Shown here piece by piece: positions 11,678 through 25,870 of a stretch of DNA of 64,000 bases. How positions within the stretch are numbered: the stretch's first letter is position 1; each line of letters opens with the position of its first letter. The notes below the pieces were generated by a model, which saw only the letters and a list, made by a program, of their open reading frames with translations, was not told the DNA's origin and did not search any database. The translations under genes and the position numbers were made by a program. Source of the stretch: Podarcis melisellensis (taxonomy: Eukaryota); assembly GCA_964234715.1 (NCBI GenBank), contig OZ174277.1; one strand, written 5' to 3'.

Positions 11678-13639
11678 TAGTTCAATTTACTTAACTTTTA
11701 TTAAGTAACTTCCATGTTACTTTCATTTTCAAAGTGAGCAGATTTAGGTCTAGGGAAATGGACTCCTCTTTTCGTTTCATAGAAAAGGAACTTTGTTCGA
11801 TCTCTAGATATTTTGTTTTGTTTTAAAATTACACAACACATCAGTATCCTATTTTGGATCAAAACTTAAACCAGTTGCTTCAGGAATGAATCATGCCAAA
11901 TAAAATATCCATTATTCACTCATGGAGAAACTGAATGAATTCTTACTACTGCAGATAACAGGAAATACAAGAGGAATGTTTCACTTTGTGGGAAGCATTG
12001 GTTCAATTGATTGTGTTGGATTGAAAGATTTGTGTATTCTGGCTATTTTATGTAAAAGTGTATGAACTTGTGATTTTTAATGATTTCTCAACAGATGAGT
12101 AATTCTTAATTACATGTTACTTTACTGCATTCTGCTTTTTATATATTTATATGAGAAGGCAGCATAAAAGTTGAAATAATGAATAAATAGCATGTTAAAG
12201 GTCAAGAAAATGATGCATATGCAGTTTAAATTTCTGCTGTTTGTGATACAATTTCATATAAAGTTGGAGCCCAATTCTTTTCAAGTTAATTCAGTACACA
12301 ACACTGTGAATAATGAATGCACCATGCTCAGCTGGTACCGATATATAAATGAAACGTGCATTGTATTTGAACCAAACAACAAAACATAAAGCAAGTTGCT
12401 GCCCCAAGATTGTGGGGTCGGGTGCACTTCTAAAGTAATTTTCATTCAATTGAGGAGTTTATTACATAGGAAAAATAACACTGGGAATTCACCATCATCA
12501 TAATAGATTATTTTAAAAATAACAAAATATGGCATGTTGAAAGTGTGTACTTTGCAGTTCTCAATTGATATGAAGTGTGTGTTTTGTGTCCTCATTGAAA
12601 AGGGAAAGTAACAAGCAACTATTATAACTTACTATCTGAAACAGAAGTGATCACTCATCCCCACAACATAGTACTTAACTGGTTTTCAAATGTTGACCCT
12701 CGTGTGAAGACCTTGGATTGTTCCCAGAAATACTTTTGAAATGATATTAAACAAAATATGGGTAGAAATGTTTATACTTGATTGTTTTAAGAGCTCATTG
12801 AGATTTTTTTAAAGAAAAACCAGTGTTGCTTTATTAATATTTAAAGTTAAAATGTACATTTTAAGATGATGGGGATACCATCTGTATGTGGGTGACAGAA
12901 ATAGAAGAGTTGAACAATGCAGTAGAGAGTTCCCACTGGTGGTTGGTACTTAGTCAATGTTTTTCTCCAACTGCAGCAACACAACATTATACTCTCTTTG
13001 TCTCTGTTGTCTTTAATGCCAACAGTGAGGAGGTGCGTGCAGGCACTGTGCCGTTGCATTTCCCCAGATAAGAAAACTAAGTGTAATGCTGTGGGATGTA
13101 TTTGTGGCTCTCCCTTTTTCTCTATTCAGCATCCAGAGAGCAGAAGAATTAGAGAGATATGAGTGCAGCATTTGTCTTTGCAGCAGAAAACTGCTCTGCT
13201 GGTGGAAAGAAAAGCAAGTGCACTTTTCCACTTGGCTGCTTGCCTGGGGGCAGTTATTGCCTGTCTTAAGCAAGTAGGAGAGTGGCAAGCTGAAAGCCGA
13301 GATTCAGCTGTGTTTTACAGTCTCCCTACAAGTTTCACTTACCAGATTCCTATTGGTTTGTCTAGTTGTGCTTATGACAGGTGAAGAAAACTGTGCTGGT
13401 TGGAGAGAGATTTCTGGTTGAAAGAACACAGACCTCACTGCACTTGTCTGGTTTGCACCCTAAATTTATCCTGCAGTTCTAGGTCACTTTCCTTGGCATT
13501 ATCACCTGCTCCACAGAACATAAGTACACATGCTGTGGTCCCTCCAAATAACCTGTTAGTTTGATGTGTTTTTAGGAGTGTGACCTACTCTCAAACAAAA
13601 CTAGAAGAGGATTGCACAATGTGGTGGCAGGCCACCAGA

Positions 13640-13945
13640 TCATGAAATCATCGAATTGTAGAGTTGGAAGGGATCCTGAGGTTCATCTGCCCTAACTCCC
13701 TTCAATGCAGGAACCTCAACCTAAGCATACATGACAGGTGTCCATCCAACCTCTGCTTAAAAACCTCCAAGGAAAAAGAACCCACCACCTCCTGAGGGAG
13801 CCCTTCCAATGTGGAAAAGCTCTTACTGTCAGAAAGTTCTTCCTTACGTTTCGTTGGAATCTTCTTTCTTGTAAATGGAATCCATTTGTTCTAGTTTCTA
13901 GAGTGGGAGAAAACAAGTGTGCTCCATTTTCCATGTGGCAACCCT
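13640..13945 (-). mobile_element. CR1 LINE 3' fragment
   Basis: Minus-strand peptide TRTNGFHLQERRFQRNVRKNFLTVRA and a CR1-type tail (gaattgtagagttggaaggg on +). Confidence 0.8.
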
Positions 13946-16539
13946 GGGTGCATGGGCTTATTCTTGCATTGGTCACAGAAAGGAAGTAATCCACAATAAA
14001 ACTTAACATTTTAAAACTTTTAAAATTCTCTGGTCTTGCAGTAGTGCAGCCAATTGCCTTCTGAAACTGGCTTCTAGATGTTATTGTTGTTGTTACTATA
14101 TTTATTTGTACCCCACCTTTTTTGCAAGGTGAGTTACAGATAAAAATACAATGACACAGATAAAATAGAAAATGCTAAAGCGTAGAAAGGATATTCATTA
14201 AAAGGTAATTAAACACTAATTGAATTAAAACAATATAAAAAGATCTAGATGTTATGTATCACCCCTTCTGATACGAAGTTGTAGCAACTGGGTTGGAGCC
14301 AAAACCAGACCACCCACACTCAAAGCAGATAATCAGGCATGCCCAGGAGAACACTGAGGCATGAGCTACAAAAATAAACAGAAGGGAGCAAATTTTCCCC
14401 CAGAAGGCTTAAAAGGCAGCAACACATATGTGAGTCACACAACAGTTACCATTACCTCCTGTTCACAATAGGACTTAGGCGGCCCACTTTCAACCGGCAT
14501 AGCATAATAATATTGCTGAGGTGGAGGCATGAAATAGTAATCATGAGCAACAGAGGATGAATGACCAGTGGTGGAAGAACAGAGCAGACTATTTGCAATG
14601 ATTTATGGGTTTGGGGGTTAGAAGACCTGTTGGAATTCTTGAAATAGTGTTAGGAATTCTGCGTCATCACTGTTGTGCATTTGTTTACAATGCTAAGGCT
14701 CATGCAGGTTCTGAAAGTGAGTGTTGAAATTTCATATTTTCTAAAGGCTTGCTAAACTGAGAGTCCTGAGGCAATTTGATCTGGCTGATGACGGACTTTT
14801 GTATCAAACTACTTGAAATAGTGGTAACCCAATCTTAAATTTATATCAGAATTATATTATATTTCAATAATATAACTTCCTAGTAAGTGTGTGTAGGATT
14901 GTGGCCTGAGCAATTGATTGTTTTGGTTTGTTTCAGTCTAGTTTACTACCACTACTTTTGCCGGACAATGAAAAAAAACTTAATGTGCAATTCAAGGAGC
15001 TACTTTGGGCATGCTCAAAGAGGGCTGCACAAAGTGGAACTTTTGGCTTTCTTTGTTTTAAATAACTGATCCCCCATGCCATGTCAAACTACTTTTGACA
15101 GTGGCCACTTTTGCATGAACAGTATACCTGCCCCTGTGTCACATGGTGAACATATTTTGAAACTGAAGTCTAAATCACCCTTTGGCTTTTTGACTTTTGG
15201 TGTAGTTTCTTGGGACCAGATCACAGTATGCAAGGTGTGCTTACCTGGATCTTTTCTGACAACTGTATACCCATAGACGTATAACTTTATAATGCAGACA
15301 GTATACCCTAGAGAAAATAATTTATGCAACATCCAAATGTTTAAATGTGTGAATTTTTCAAATTGATCTTCAGTGCCTTGGGGGGGATTTTTTTTTCTTT
15401 ATTTCCCCCCCCCAAAAAAAAAACCCCAAACACCTAGGTGCATCTTATGAGCTGGTGCGCCCTATGGGGCGTAAAATACGGTATGTATGTATGCTTAAGA
15501 TTTATTGCCTGTCCTTCTCCATAAGGTCCCAAGGCAGGTAACAACAATAGACTATACAATTATAAAAACAGAGAGTAGATAATTTGTGTTCACTTGTAAC
15601 GTATTCAGGAATCTTTCCCAAAATAGTCTTCAATAACATGTACCCTTTTGCTTTTTCTTAAATGTTTAATGTCACTTGTCTGTAGACAAATAATTTATTT
15701 CAGTATGTTAAATATCACTTTAAAATGGTGGCCAGGATCCAAATGTAAGAAGTTCCATGAATCCTAGGGCAGGGTTTTCCTCAGAGAGCCTCATAGCATC
15801 TGGTGAGCTTCTTCTGAAACCTATAAGATCTAAAAGCAGTCTGTGATATTGGGGGTGGGGTAGGGAGTTGGCTGTCAAGAAAGTAAAACACTGTTACACA
15901 ACCATAAAAAGAAAATCCACTGGGATACCCAAGCTCCTTGTACTGGCTTAAGCAGCTATTGGAAGCCCACACCATAGTGTTAATTTTCCTTCTTATCATA
16001 TTTAAACATGTTGATGTGCTGATTTTTTCAGAAGCAAAACAGATTGAAAATAACATTTTCATTGTTACTGCAGGTATGTCAAACATTTGTGTGAAAAGGT
16101 TGAGTAGTATATATCCCATGCATTTTACTTTTTAGCATTATCATGAAAGAGTGCTTCTCCCTCTACTTTTCTGCCAAAGACTCAATCTGTCTGGGAGGCC
16201 CTTTATGTTGTGCCATCACCAAAGAATGTCAGGAGTACTAGGACTCATAATATGGCCTTCTCAGTTCACAAAATGGAACTTCACCTTCCTCTCCTTCCTG
16301 CATGCACTACCCTAATCTGCTCTGGATAACCTCATAGCCCTGCAGAGCAAATTTTGAGATTGTGTAAAGGGGAGGGGGAGAGAGAGACGACTGTGAAGTC
16401 CCACCTCATGAGTGGAAAACTCTTCTGCTCATGCATGGACAGCAGTGGATACAGCCTGAAATCCTTATTTAAGTAATCATTGAATCCTTTATAACAAAGG
16501 TTGTTTTGTTATTTGTACTTCAGTCTGTAGAAAGTATTG

Positions 16540-16785
16540 GGATGTTGGGCTTGCTCATTGGCAGGTTAGCGGTTCAAATCGCTGCAACGGGGTGAGCTCC
16601 CATTGCTCTGTCCCAGCTCCTGCCAACTAGCAGTTCGAAAGCATGCCAGTGCAAGTAGATAAATAGGTACCGCTGTGGTGGGAAGGTAAACAGCATTTCC
16701 GTGCGCTCTGGCACTTGTCACGGTCCTCCGTGCGCCAGTAGCTGTTTAGTCAGGCTGGCCAAATGACCCGGAAAAACTCTGTGGT
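16540..16785 (+). mobile_element. Sauria SINE, truncated
   Basis: Diagnostic core gctcctgccaac(c)tagcagttcgaaagca...gtgcaagtagataaataggtacc. Confidence 0.85.
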
Positions 16786-17106
16786 GGCTCTGAAAATATC
16801 TTGAGGGTGGAAATAAAATGTAGGAGGGGCATTCTCCTATCTGGTGGTAAATAAGCTGAGAGATGAAGTCTGCTTAACTGAAAGAAGAACATCAACAAGA
16901 AGGAATGAGTTAATGGAGACAATAGAGCCTTACTCAGACATGGATTCAACACATGGGGGAGTCATGTTGCATGCTCCTTCCAGCATCACATGCTGTAGCT
17001 GCATACCTCAGGAGCAGGAAGCATGGCCCTAGTTTGTTATGTACATGTATATTCTATGCATGGATAGCATATGAATAGAGCTTTAAAGGTAAGTAGAATC
17101 TGGAAA

Positions 17107-18350
17107 TTATTACTATTATTATTATTTGTATCCCGCCCATTTGGCTGGGTTTCCCCAGCCACTCTGGGCGGCTTCCAACAAAGATTAAAAATACATTAAA
17201 ATGTCACACATTAAAAACTTCCCTAAACAGGGCTGCCTTCAGATGTCTTCTAAATGTCAGGTAGTTGTTTATCTCTTTGACATCTGATGGGAGGGCATTC
17301 CACAGGGCGGGCGCCACTACCAAGAAGGCCCTCTGACTGGTTCCCTGTAGCTTTGCTTCTCACAGTGAGGGAACTGCCAGAAAGCCCTCGGCACTGGACC
17401 TCGGTGTCCCGGCAGAACAATGGGGGTGGAGATGCTACTTTAGGTATACTGGGCCGAGGCCATTTAGGGCTTTAAAGATCAGCACCAAGACTTTGAATTG
17501 TGCTTGGAAACGTACTGGGAGCCAATGTCTTTCAGGACCGGTGTTACATGGTCTCGGCGGCCACCCCCAGTAACCAGTCTACCTGCCACATTCTGTATTA
17601 GTTGTATATAATTATATAATAATAATAATAATTTATTATTTATACCCCACTCTGGGTGGCTTCCAAAAAAATATTAAAATACTGTAATGCAGTTGTCTTT
17701 TCCGGGTGACCTTCAAAGGTAGCCCCTCAATAGAGCACATTGCAGTAGTCCAAGTGGGAGATAACTACAGCATGCACCACTCTGGCGATACAGTCTGCAG
17801 GCAGGTAGGGTCTCAGCCTGTGTACAAGATGGAGCTGGTAAACAGCTGCCCTGGACACAGAATTTACCTGTGCCTCCATGGACAACTGTGAGTCCAAAAT
17901 GACTCCCAGGCTGCGTACTTCTGTCTTGTCAGGATTCAACCTCAATCCATTAGCCACCATCCATCCTCCAACCACCTCCAGGCACTCACACAGGACCTTC
18001 ACTGCCTTCATTGGTTCTGATTTAAAAGAGAGGTAGAGTTGGGTATCATCTGCATATTGATGGACACTGAGCCCAAACCCCCTGATGATCTATCCCAGTG
18101 GCTTCGTGTAGATGTTAAAAAGCATGGGGGAGAGGACAGAACCCTGAGGCACCCCACAAGTGAGGGCCCAGGGGTCTGAACACTCAACCCCTATCACCAG
18201 TTTCTGGACACGGCCCAGGAGGAAGGAGCGGAACCACTGTATAACAGTGCCCCCAGCTCCTCTAGAAGGTGCAGAAGGATGTCATGGTTGATTGTATCAA
18301 ACGCCGCTGAGAGATCCAGCAGAATTAGGAAACAGCTCTTACCTTTGTCC
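17107..18350 (-). mobile_element. L2-clade LINE 3' fragment with decayed reverse transcriptase
   Basis: Minus strand encodes GVPQGSVLSP, QYADD, LRLNPDKTE, LGVILDSQLSM and SHLDYCN, and has an (AAT)n tail at the left end. Confidence 0.9.
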
Positions 18351-19312
18351 CTAGCCCACCGTGGAATAGAGGAAGTTGGACAAGGAAGCTGGTACTATGA
18401 CAGAAACACAGAAATAGGTAAATGGTATACTCAGCTGATGTTGTAAACTCCTTCGTAGATCAGTCAGCAGAAAAGGAAGAGAAGAGGATGGGAACTTTAT
18501 TAATAAGTACGAAGTAGAGTTAATATAATAATATGTGGTATTAGTTGGAGGCTGTGTTTGCCTACTGTGGGTGCTGATGGCACATTTTAGTTTCTGCAAT
18601 AGAATTAAAGAATTTAAGTATTTTAACATCTTTCCTCATAGTGCAGAAGGAATCTGCAGCAGTCTTCAGCATCACCTCATACTCACTTTACTAGTAAGAC
18701 TGATGCCCACTTCTTGTCAATTACCATTGATTTTTGCGTAATTGTTTTATCTTGATGGTAGCTTCCTTGCTGTGGGCTGTTTTCGCCTGCTGCATTCAGG
18801 CAGGCATGCACACACTTAACCACGTTTTAAGGGAACATAAGTAAATTGATATGTAACTGTGCACATTGAGGAGATATCTCAAAAGTGACTACATTTTTCT
18901 TAAACCCAATGAGATCTTTATAATCCACATGATGCTAGCAAATAATGCGTAAACATAGCTTTATATACAAATTAAAAGCTTGAAAAACCCTCAAAGAGTA
19001 TTTTGAAGTTATTTTATTTTTACAGTTAGGTCATCCCTCTTCTTTTCATATTAGTCTAACATTAGAAAAATAAGAATACGTAGTTAACTTACTTGAACCT
19101 TCCCTAGAACTGGAACATATCAGTTCTGCTTGCAAAGCTCTATTTTTAATAGCAAATTGTTGACAAGATTTACACTTCACAACAAGCTATTCAAGTTTCT
19201 GTTCTTTTTTTAACTGGCTAACTGATTTGTTAGAGGACCACCCAGACATTCAAATTTAATTTAATTGGGAAGGCTTTCAGTTAATGTGTGTGATTATTTG
19301 TTTTATTTTCAG

Positions 19313-19462
19313 GTTTTTGGAGTGGATGACAGCCAGGATTATAATAGGCCTGTTATCAACGAGAGCCAGAAAGATTTAGTAAAAGATTGGGCTATAAATT
19401 CTGCTACAGTAGTGCTGGAAGAAAAAAGACCACTGAGTACAACTGGATTTCTTGACACAGAG
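19313..19462 (+). CDS. CEP170: CEP170 coding exon ([17 protein letters not shown]...GFLDTE), 150 nt, phase 0/0
   Basis: Acceptor ttttattttcAG, donor GAG|GTAGAA. Peptide continues the CEP170 sequence after MIDK. Confidence 0.95.
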
Positions 19463-22400
19463 GTAGAATTCAATTTTTGATGGGTCATCTTCTTTTCTCT
19501 ACTCTACCAACAAAGGAGAGGACCTTAATATAGTCAGTATTAAGTAGCTAGCAAGCAAAGCTTCCTTAGAGAATATGAACTAATTTTTAAATTATTGTAT
19601 CTTTGATTTCTTTGTTAGAGCTTATATCTCTTTTCTGCAAAACCATGGCCACTTGCAACCTTTGTGCATACTACATAGCCTGCTCTTCTGTGCAGCATTT
19701 CATTTATGTATGCCACTGTGCAGATATGGCACAAGCAACTAAAGAAAAGATAAATACTAGAGTTGCTGCATTGTTAGCTATAGTATATTCGGGTGTTGGT
19801 CAAGAAAAGTTCTGAAATTTGCAATTATGCAAGGAAAAGGACATGCAGACTGTGAGTGCAGATGGAAAGACTTTGATCTTTCCAGATGGAAAGTTCATGG
19901 ATCACTGCTTTTGCAAAGGCATTGCCATCGTGCCCAGGAATCAGCATAGCATTTAAGTCTATAATAAACCTCTGTGTCAACTTTTGATAGTGTCCAGTAA
20001 TATTTTAGAGGTTCACAAAGAAGGTCTAAGGAATGACAGTAAAGCCAAACTTTCTTACACCAAAAAAGACTCCTGCAACCATAGATGGAACTACAGAGAG
20101 CAGCAAATGCAATAAGCACCTGTATGTTTCACCTAAACATGAAGGGAAAGGGGTGGTAAAAACATCTAAGATAAAATATGTAACTGTTACCTGAGTTTGC
20201 TATGCATAATGATATCGTTCCTTAAGCTTAAATATGGGAAGAAATTACACAACTCTTCTACTAATCCTTATTTTTACCTTTCTTATATACAGTTATTTTT
20301 GTCACCTGGAGCTGAATTTCCTTCTAATACTTTCTTTTCCAGAACTGTTGTAAAGCAGCATCTGTTCTGTTTCTTCGGCTGTTTATGCATTATGCATTTA
20401 AAGTACATCCCCACCTCCCCAAAAAAGAGAATCCTGGGAACTGTGGTGCTGTGAGGGGTAAACAACAGATCCAGTGATTCTTGAGGGGGGATGTGCTTTA
20501 AATGTGAGTATGCAACCTTAATACCCATATTCAATGTTATATGATTTATATAAGATGATATATTGTATAAGATTTATTTTGAAAACTCCAAGCAGTATCT
20601 TAATATTTTAGGTTTTTTTCCCTTAAAAAACCCATAGTGATTAACTGAGTCAAGTTCATTGACAGATAGCCAAAATAAAATGAGGGATTTGCAATGTACC
20701 TTGAAGTGGCACTATTAATCTGAAGTATGGTGTTTAGCGAAGAGGGCTAAGAGGGAGGAACCACAGAAAAGAATTTTCAGCCATGCCATTCATCACTATT
20801 CAAAACTTTTATTATTACACTATAATATGGTACTATACTGTTAAGTGGGCAATCTCAATGCCAAGTAGAAAAAGTCTGATCATGCCACTGTTTCCAAATC
20901 ACATTTTGACCCACATGGTGTTTTACTAAAATCCATTTTCAATAACACTGTGAACACCATTTTATAAAATTATCTTCTTGTTATAGAATGGAAAAATTGA
21001 AAATAAGCAAATGTTATACTGCAAGTCTCTAAACATCTTACTTTGCATTCTGAAGCAAAAGTATGTTTTATGCTCGTTGGCTGACTGAGCTGCAAGACTC
21101 AGCTCAGAAGGCTTTTATGCCTGGCTGGTGGACCGGAACAAAGATTTCTGCACTCCAGTATGCACCCAGGCTCTGCCCCTGTGTCTGCCCCTCACTGGGC
21201 AGTTCAAATTTGGCATTGGTGGGCTATCCCGCCATTCATAGTGCCCTGCAAGGGCAGGACCCAATGGCTGGCCGATACCAAGAGGCTTTTCACTGCCCAG
21301 GGGGGAAAGGGGAAGCTATGATGGGCCACAACTGCTGCCCATCCCAGAACTGGGCAAGTAGCCATTTTATACAGAACAACTCGTATTCTGTGAGTTTTAG
21401 TTGGAATGTGGGTTTTAGAGAAAACTAAAGGAACTGTGATGGAGGTGATGGCCTGAGAAGGTGATATACTATCTATATTATATTGACTCTTAAGGCAGGT
21501 AACTTTCTCACAAATATGTCACGAGAGGAGGCTAAGAAAAATTCATATTTTGATTATGAATAGTAAAATTTATGCAACATTGTCAAGAACATAGCAGATG
21601 CCGGTATGCATTTGCCCATGACAAGTATTACTATTCAGGAAGTGTTTCCTCTGAGTCAAGCCTTGAAAGAGACTTTCTATAATTATTTGGGCTTGTTTCA
21701 TTGTTTCTGAACCCTTAATATTGGGACATCCTGTTTTCAACATTCCAGAATCTATCAGTGCAACAAGGAACAGCTACAAGCTTTTTGTATTGAAATGAAA
21801 GCTGGAGTTACTGGGAATGCTCTAAAGGTGGTTTAAGACCTATGTGCAGTTCATGGGCAATATATTGATCACCCCTGAAACTTTCACCATTTTGCCCCCG
21901 CAAATCAAATTACCTGAATATTTTACCATTCCTCAATTTTGCCTCCAGAGACAGGCTATTCCATTGAGGTATTACTTAAAAATACCATGGTTTTGAATAG
22001 CAAATAAAAACATGTCTTGAGGTTTTCTCAGTAGGGTTTAGAAAGAATGTTCCTGTCTTGTAGAATCTGTAGCAAGTGACGCCATAACATACCCATAGCA
22101 ACCAATGCATACATATTCTATATGTCCTATAATTTGAATACTACCAACAATTGAGAGAGCTTTAGGTTAGGCTCCTGGAAGAACTTCAGAAGGTGAATAA
22201 GGGAAATCATGTGTGGAATTAAACTTCTGAGAAGTTAAAGTATTTTATTTTATTGCTGACATTGTCTAACGGTATGTTGTAACAGTTAATCCTTTACTGA
22301 TGGTTTTTGACTAAGCTTCCTTTGCATTAACATACTGAGAAATCCCAGACTTTTCAAGTTTCATTACTCTCCCCCCCCCTTTTTTAATATTTCAAAGATG

Positions 22401-25400
22401 CAAAAATATTTTGCAGGATTATCCTTTCAAGGAATTATTTTATATTATAAAAACACCTTATTGTTTAATCATTCATTTCTGTCATTTCCTATCCCTTTCA
22501 TTTTGAGAACTGTATAATGAAAAACATGGCTTGTAAGGGTGGGAATATAAATGTGGAATAAGCAGCTATGGGAACAAAGAAGTATAGAATCCAAAATCCA
22601 GTCATTGAGACTGATGGGAATATTTGATGAGTAATTCTGTTTTTTCCAAAGGAGACTATATTGGAAAGTATTCCTATAATATAAAATAAGATGTTACAGA
22701 GTCTCACATCTCTTTGTCTGTGACAATACTCATTTTATGGTGATGTAATTACTTTGGTATAGGAAATAAGTGCACTGAAATTTGGATCAGTTTTATTTAG
22801 AAATTAACAATATATTGGAGGCTACTTATACATACCACATGAATTGTGCCACAGAATTTAACAAACTGGCTATGATCACATGAAGAAACTAGTCTGTGAA
22901 TTGGTAGTTACCTGGTTAAACACAATCACAGTTGAGACAGCCCTTTTGACCTTTTTTTAGTTAACAGAAATTCAGGGGCTTTGAGTTCATGCATATTTTC
23001 TTCCCATATGAATGCATGCAAGTCAATCTTATGACAATTTTGTATCTATTAGCTGACCCTGAGAATGTCACCCACAACCAACCTGCTATGTTTGTTTACT
23101 TGTGAAATATTTGTATATTATCCTTAGGTGTTGTTTCCAGAGTGGTTTACTGAAGTTGAATAAAATACAAGGTTCAGATAACAGTATATTAAGGCAATGG
23201 TGTAAGCAAAGGACTGAATAAATAACGACATATTTGCCTGGCACCAAAATTATGATAACATTTGTTTCTGTAGAGGGAGTTCTAGGAACCAAGTGTCACA
23301 ATTCTGAAGGACCTCTCTCTAGTTGCCTTTCATATTGAGGCTTCTGCTAGGAGAGCCGCTGAAGGTTTCCTCAATTCACAGATTGGTTGACAGAGGAATA
23401 AGAGTTAATACAGGTAGCTGGACCTCAAGCCACATAGAACTATAAAAGCAAACGCCAGATCTTTGAACTGGGTTCAGAAACACACACAAAAAACTATTTT
23501 TTTTTAAATAAGAAGTGAACTGGCAGCCACCGAAGTTCTTTAAATATTGGTGTGGTATGTTCAAAACAACCAGTGACAGTAACCTGGAATCTGCATTCTG
23601 CACCAAGGGCATTTGCCAAATAGTTTTCAAAGGCAGACCATTTACAAAATGTTACCAATAGTCAGTTCTAGACATTACCAGGGACAGGATAACTTTTTTT
23701 CTGTCATGCAGGGTCTAAACTGCTAAAGAGGCTACCTGGGCCTGCAGTGACAAAGGTGAATTTGAGACCATCCACAGACTAAATTAAATCTGTAGGATAG
23801 TACAGATTCATAAAATTTGAGAAATCTCTTTTAAACTTTCCCCTGAACCATGAATATTGTTGTATAAGAGCCCCGTATTCGTTATCCTCAGGCCAAACTT
23901 GGCACTCGCAGCTGCTAACGAAGTAATTTTCTTCCAGTGCAAAGAGCAGATTCAGATTGGGACTACAGGGAAGGAAAGAGTTAAGAATCTCTTCTCCCTG
24001 GCTGCTTCAATCCTGATAAATATCAACCACCCACCAGCAGCTGCTGTTTGTGTCTGATGTTTAGTTTGGGCCTTTATCTCCACACATCAGCCTACCACAG
24101 TGGGTTGTGGTATAATCATTTCCCACACAGTTGCTGAGCACTTTGAAGCCAACCCGTTCCTCTGATTTTGCTTCAGTCCATATTCTACATGTGAATAATG
24201 TTTAAAAGGGATTTATAGTGAGTGCTGTGCAGATGCATCACTGAAGAGACGGGTTTCTGCGTTCTTGAGGGAGAAAATATGACACATACAAGAGCAGGAA
24301 ATACAAAAGTCCTTTCACGTGAATTAACATTTTGCACACATGTTTTACAATCTTCAAAAAGCTAAAGCAGCTTCTGCTGTAATTTGATGGCACATCAGAG
24401 CCTAAGTAGGCTCTTTGACAGCCACCTACTGGACAAGGAACTTACTGCAGCTTCAGAGTCCTTTATAGTTTCACTCAGTCTCAAAGCCTCAACAAATACT
24501 TGCAAAGACCAGCCTAAATTTGACCCACTTTTCCCCACCATTTGAAATAACTTTCACAGAGTAAACAGATGTTGAGCTTATGGAGCTTTATTATAAGAAT
24601 TAAAAATAATCTTCCTCTCCATGCTATGCTAAATACAGACTCGCAATACATGATCTGTGATCTTGACTGCAGGGCAAACACTGCAGAGCTTGGCCTTGCA
24701 CCAGATTTTCCCATGTGGTGCTCTGGAAGGCTTGGTTTGGTCAAAATTGAGTATGCACTTCCAGAGTTAGCGCTAAATACATTATTTCTAGCAAATGAGC
24801 CACCATAGCCATTAGAGGACTGTGGAAATTTGTGTAGACTCGTCTACCCCTGTACAATCTGAAACCAAAGGGGCACATTGGTTGCCAAATGTGAAGTGCA
24901 TTGGCAGTATTTTATGCTTTCCTACCCCACTATTATCAAATCCCAACCTGTAGGGTACTATGTTGGGTGGATATATATGTTCCACGTGTTATACTCTTGG
25001 TGTTTCAGTGCTAATGCTTGTGTGATATAGCCTTAAACAACAGCAAAGTCAGACGTACATGCTAAACTTGCATAAAAGAGGGCTGATATAGCAACATTGA
25101 TGGATAGATGCCCCTGGCTATGTTTGGATTATCAAATTGGCTGAGAGGTAGATATGCATCCTGCAGCTAGTTTGCTACTTCCTTCATGCAAGCAAGCTGA
25201 CAAGTCAGAAAGCTGCCATTAACTATTAAGTTCAAACTAGAAAAATGTGGTTGATGCCTTCTAAGCAAGCCAGAATATGAAGCTCTGGTAACTGGCTTGT
25301 TTCAGAAGCAGTCAGCCATAGTTCTTCAGTTCAGTTGTAATGGACAGCTATGGTAAATTCCTGGTTTGTTTTCCCCACTCATGTAGGGAGGATCAAAGCA

Positions 25401-25582
25401 GCTACATGTATAGGTGTATAAAACTTATTTATATGTCTGTTTGTTAAGCCAAGATATGACTGCACACTGCCAATTTCTAACCACAAGTTCACTACTAGAT
25501 GACACTCCTTCCTAATTAGTCTTGCAGTAAAGGCATCAGTCAATGTATGGTAATGACTGAATCATGATTTCACTTAATCTGA

Positions 25583-25637
25583 GTGTGTGTGTGTGTGTGT
25601 GTGTGTATACACACACACGCACATGCACACACACACG
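25583..25637. repeat. (GT)n-TA-(CA)n compound microsatellite
   Basis: Seen directly in the sequence. Confidence 0.95.
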
Positions 25638-25743
25638 CAGACTTGTTCTCCAAGATCTTAATTTTCTGAATGTTTTTCCTTTTCTCTCTCTTTAAAATGA
25701 CTAAATCAATGTAAGCATGGTTTGTGTTGAAATCTGTTATTAG

Positions 25744-25870
25744 GAAAGCACTGGTGTATCTGGAAGCAAGCGCTGGGTGTCACAGTGGGCTAGTCTGGCT
25801 GCTAATCATACAAAACATGAAGAAACTGAAGTACGGATGGAATCATTTGCTCCTCCTCCTCTAGAAAATG
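25744..25870 (+). CDS. CEP170: CEP170 coding exon ([42 protein letters not shown]), 127 nt, phase 0/1; absent from the ORF track
   Basis: Found by manual translation. Acceptor ttattAG (25742-25743), donor AATG|[20 protein letters not shown] is a conserved CEP170 motif. Confidence 0.93.
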
